Positions 62,801-64,000 of a DNA stretch of 64,000 nt are shown here, one piece after another; the stretch's first letter is position 1, and each line of letters starts with the position of its first letter. Made by a program: the position numbers and the translations under genes. Below the pieces are notes generated by a model. The model was not told the DNA's origin and ran no database searches. It was given only the letters and a program-made list of their open reading frames with translations. Origin of the DNA: a virus (lineage: Duplodnaviria; Caudoviricetes). The stretch spans positions 1-64,000 of the IMG/VR virus record IMGVR_UViG_3300042010_000129; one strand, 5' to 3'.

Positions 62801-63187
62801 ATGGAAATGCAATTGGCTTTGGCTGGCGACCGCAACGACACCGAGAAATTCAAAGCGGTGCTTGTGGCGCAAGGTTACGAAATTCGCACCAAAGATAAAG
62901 ACACCATTCAAGACGGTCAGATTGTTGTCTTGCCCGGTGATCCAGATTCCAAAGACCTCGCGGCCTACAAAACTTTCAAAGATAGCGCTGGTGTGGTTCG
63001 CGCTGAATTGCAAATGTCTTTGGACGACGGCGGAAACGTCGAATACAGTGGCCGGGCGCGGATTAACATTGGCGAGCCTGATCAAAAAACTGCGTACTGG
63101 TTTAGCGTTCACCAGCACAACGTGGACGATAAACTTGAAGTCATTGACGCCCTGATGACCAAACTTTACGGCCAACCAAACCAATAA
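62801..63187 (+). CDS. Hypothetical protein with MEMQLALA leader, 128 aa
   Basis: Full ORF. Confidence 0.8.
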   Translation: MEMQLALAGDRNDTEKFKAVLVAQGYEIRTKDKDTIQDGQIVVLPGDPDSKDLAAYKTFKDSAGVVRAELQMSLDDGGNVEYSGRARINIGEPDQKTAYWFSVHQHNVDDKLEVIDALMTKLYGQPNQ

Positions 63188-63205
63188 CGCACGGGACTAA
63201 ATTTA

Positions 63206-63481
63206 ATGGAAATGATTTTGGCGGTAGCGGCTGCAAACATGGCCCCGCGTGGTTACAAGATTATCGGCTACGAAATTCGTGACACGAAGCACGGCAACCC
63301 GCTGTTGAGTCGTGGCAAAGGCGATAAGCAAGAAGCCATCCGCAACAATATCAACCAGTACGCCGAACAGATGGATAAGATTGATTTTATCCTGTACCTC
63401 GAAGGCAAAGACGGCGAACAGCAAATCCACAAACGCTTCGAATGGGATTCCAACGAAGCCGTCGAAATTCCGGTGAAATAA
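63206..63481 (+). CDS. Hypothetical protein with MEMILAVA leader, 91 aa
   Basis: Full ORF. Confidence 0.8.
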   Translation: MEMILAVAAANMAPRGYKIIGYEIRDTKHGNPLLSRGKGDKQEAIRNNINQYAEQMDKIDFILYLEGKDGEQQIHKRFEWDSNEAVEIPVK

Positions 63482-63658
63482 ATGGTACGCGCTTTCGATC
63501 TGAGCAAACTGCACGACCAGTACGCGAACGAAACGCCTGAGCAAAAGGCGAAGCGTTACGCGGAAAACAAAGAACGCACCGAACGCTTTCTGAATCGCTG
63601 GAAAGAGTTCGAGGCAAAACATCCTGAGCTTGCAAAAACAATGGTGTGTGCCGCATGA
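63482..63658 (+). CDS. Small hypothetical protein, 58 aa (not in ORF track)
   Basis: MVRAFDLSKL...; abuts the upstream stop and overlaps the next start (ATGA). Confidence 0.65.
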   Translation: MVRAFDLSKLHDQYANETPEQKAKRYAENKERTERFLNRWKEFEAKHPELAKTMVCAA

Positions 63659-64000
63659 AAATGGAAATCGCAACCGCTGCTGAACCTACGCTGCTGCCGA
63701 GCCGCTACGCCATTGGCGAGCCTGTGTTTTTTCACCCGGCAATTCACGATTTCACGCCGGATCAAGTACAGAAACATGCACTGAAAGCCAAAATCATGGC
63801 TGTGCGTTTCACGAAATCGAAAGTGTTGTACGAATTGGCGCTGGATACCGCACTTGATCCGGGGCCTGCCGAATATTACGAAGCAATCCCGCTGGCTGAT
63901 GTGGATTCGTATTTCGTCCTGAACGCAGCCGATGCAATGGACGGCGACCGTTTGCTGGCCGACGTTTCCTACATGGCGACCGGTTCCAACCAATCCCGCA
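63655..64000 (+). CDS. Hypothetical protein with MKMEIATAA leader, truncated by the window end
   Basis: Open frame from ATG 63655 to the window edge. Confidence 0.75.
   Translation, partial: MKMEIATAAEPTLLPSRYAIGEPVFFHPAIHDFTPDQVQKHALKAKIMAVRFTKSKVLYELALDTALDPGPAEYYEAIPLADVDSYFVLNAADAMDGDRLLADVSYMATGSNQSR

Noticed and set aside
3768-63206. AATTTAA upstream of six genes (3768-, 7930, 21761, 27348, 55415, 63200) as a second promoter class
   Set aside because: It contains TTA/TAA, which are depleted in coding DNA, so intergenic enrichment is expected; spacing to starts is inconsistent. A genome-wide test with an intergenic background would be needed.
1-64000. Stop-codon reassignment, tRNA/rRNA genes, or phage-nucleus (ChmA/PhuZ) genes
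   Set aside because: Core genes are intact in the standard code, no cloverleaf or rRNA-like sequence was found, and no tubulin or shell-protein motif was recognised. They may lie outside the window.

Overview
64-kb segment of a large lytic (jumbo-type) myophage genome in the standard genetic code, densely coding and almost all on the + strand, with many ATGA/TAATG gene overlaps. It carries replication and recombination genes (DnaG-like primase, RuvC-like resolvase, Cas4-like exonuclease, two type II topoisomerase subunits, 5'-3' exonuclease, gp32-like SSB, RecA-like recombinase, DnaB helicase, dTMP kinase, topoisomerase IB), one clear and one possible sigma-like factor, and packaging/structural genes (intein-containing large terminase, probable portal, gp5-like spike, S74 tail-fibre protein). 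Accessory genes include a PL7 alginate lyase, which suggests a Pseudomonas/Azotobacter-like host (inference), plus Tad2-like and Acb2/Tad1-like candidate sponges, a GNAT, a SprT-like protease and an ART-PolyVal-like protein. No tRNA, rRNA, CRISPR array or integrase was seen. The most unusual signals are: (1) Lys-rich tails on most replication enzymes together with a 105-Glu protein, H1-like proteins and an SSB with alternating D/K blocks, possibly a charge-driven replication condensate; (2) a shared M-[EK]-M-x-[LI]-A-x-A N-terminal leader on seven unrelated clustered proteins, possibly a capsid-targeting signal; (3) an ORF-free ~150-nt rod-shaped RNA between a phage promoter motif and a terminator right after the portal gene; (4) a co-oriented ACTGTAAAT motif seen 16 times, probably a single-box phage promoter. 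All family calls come from motif recognition by eye, not from database searches.
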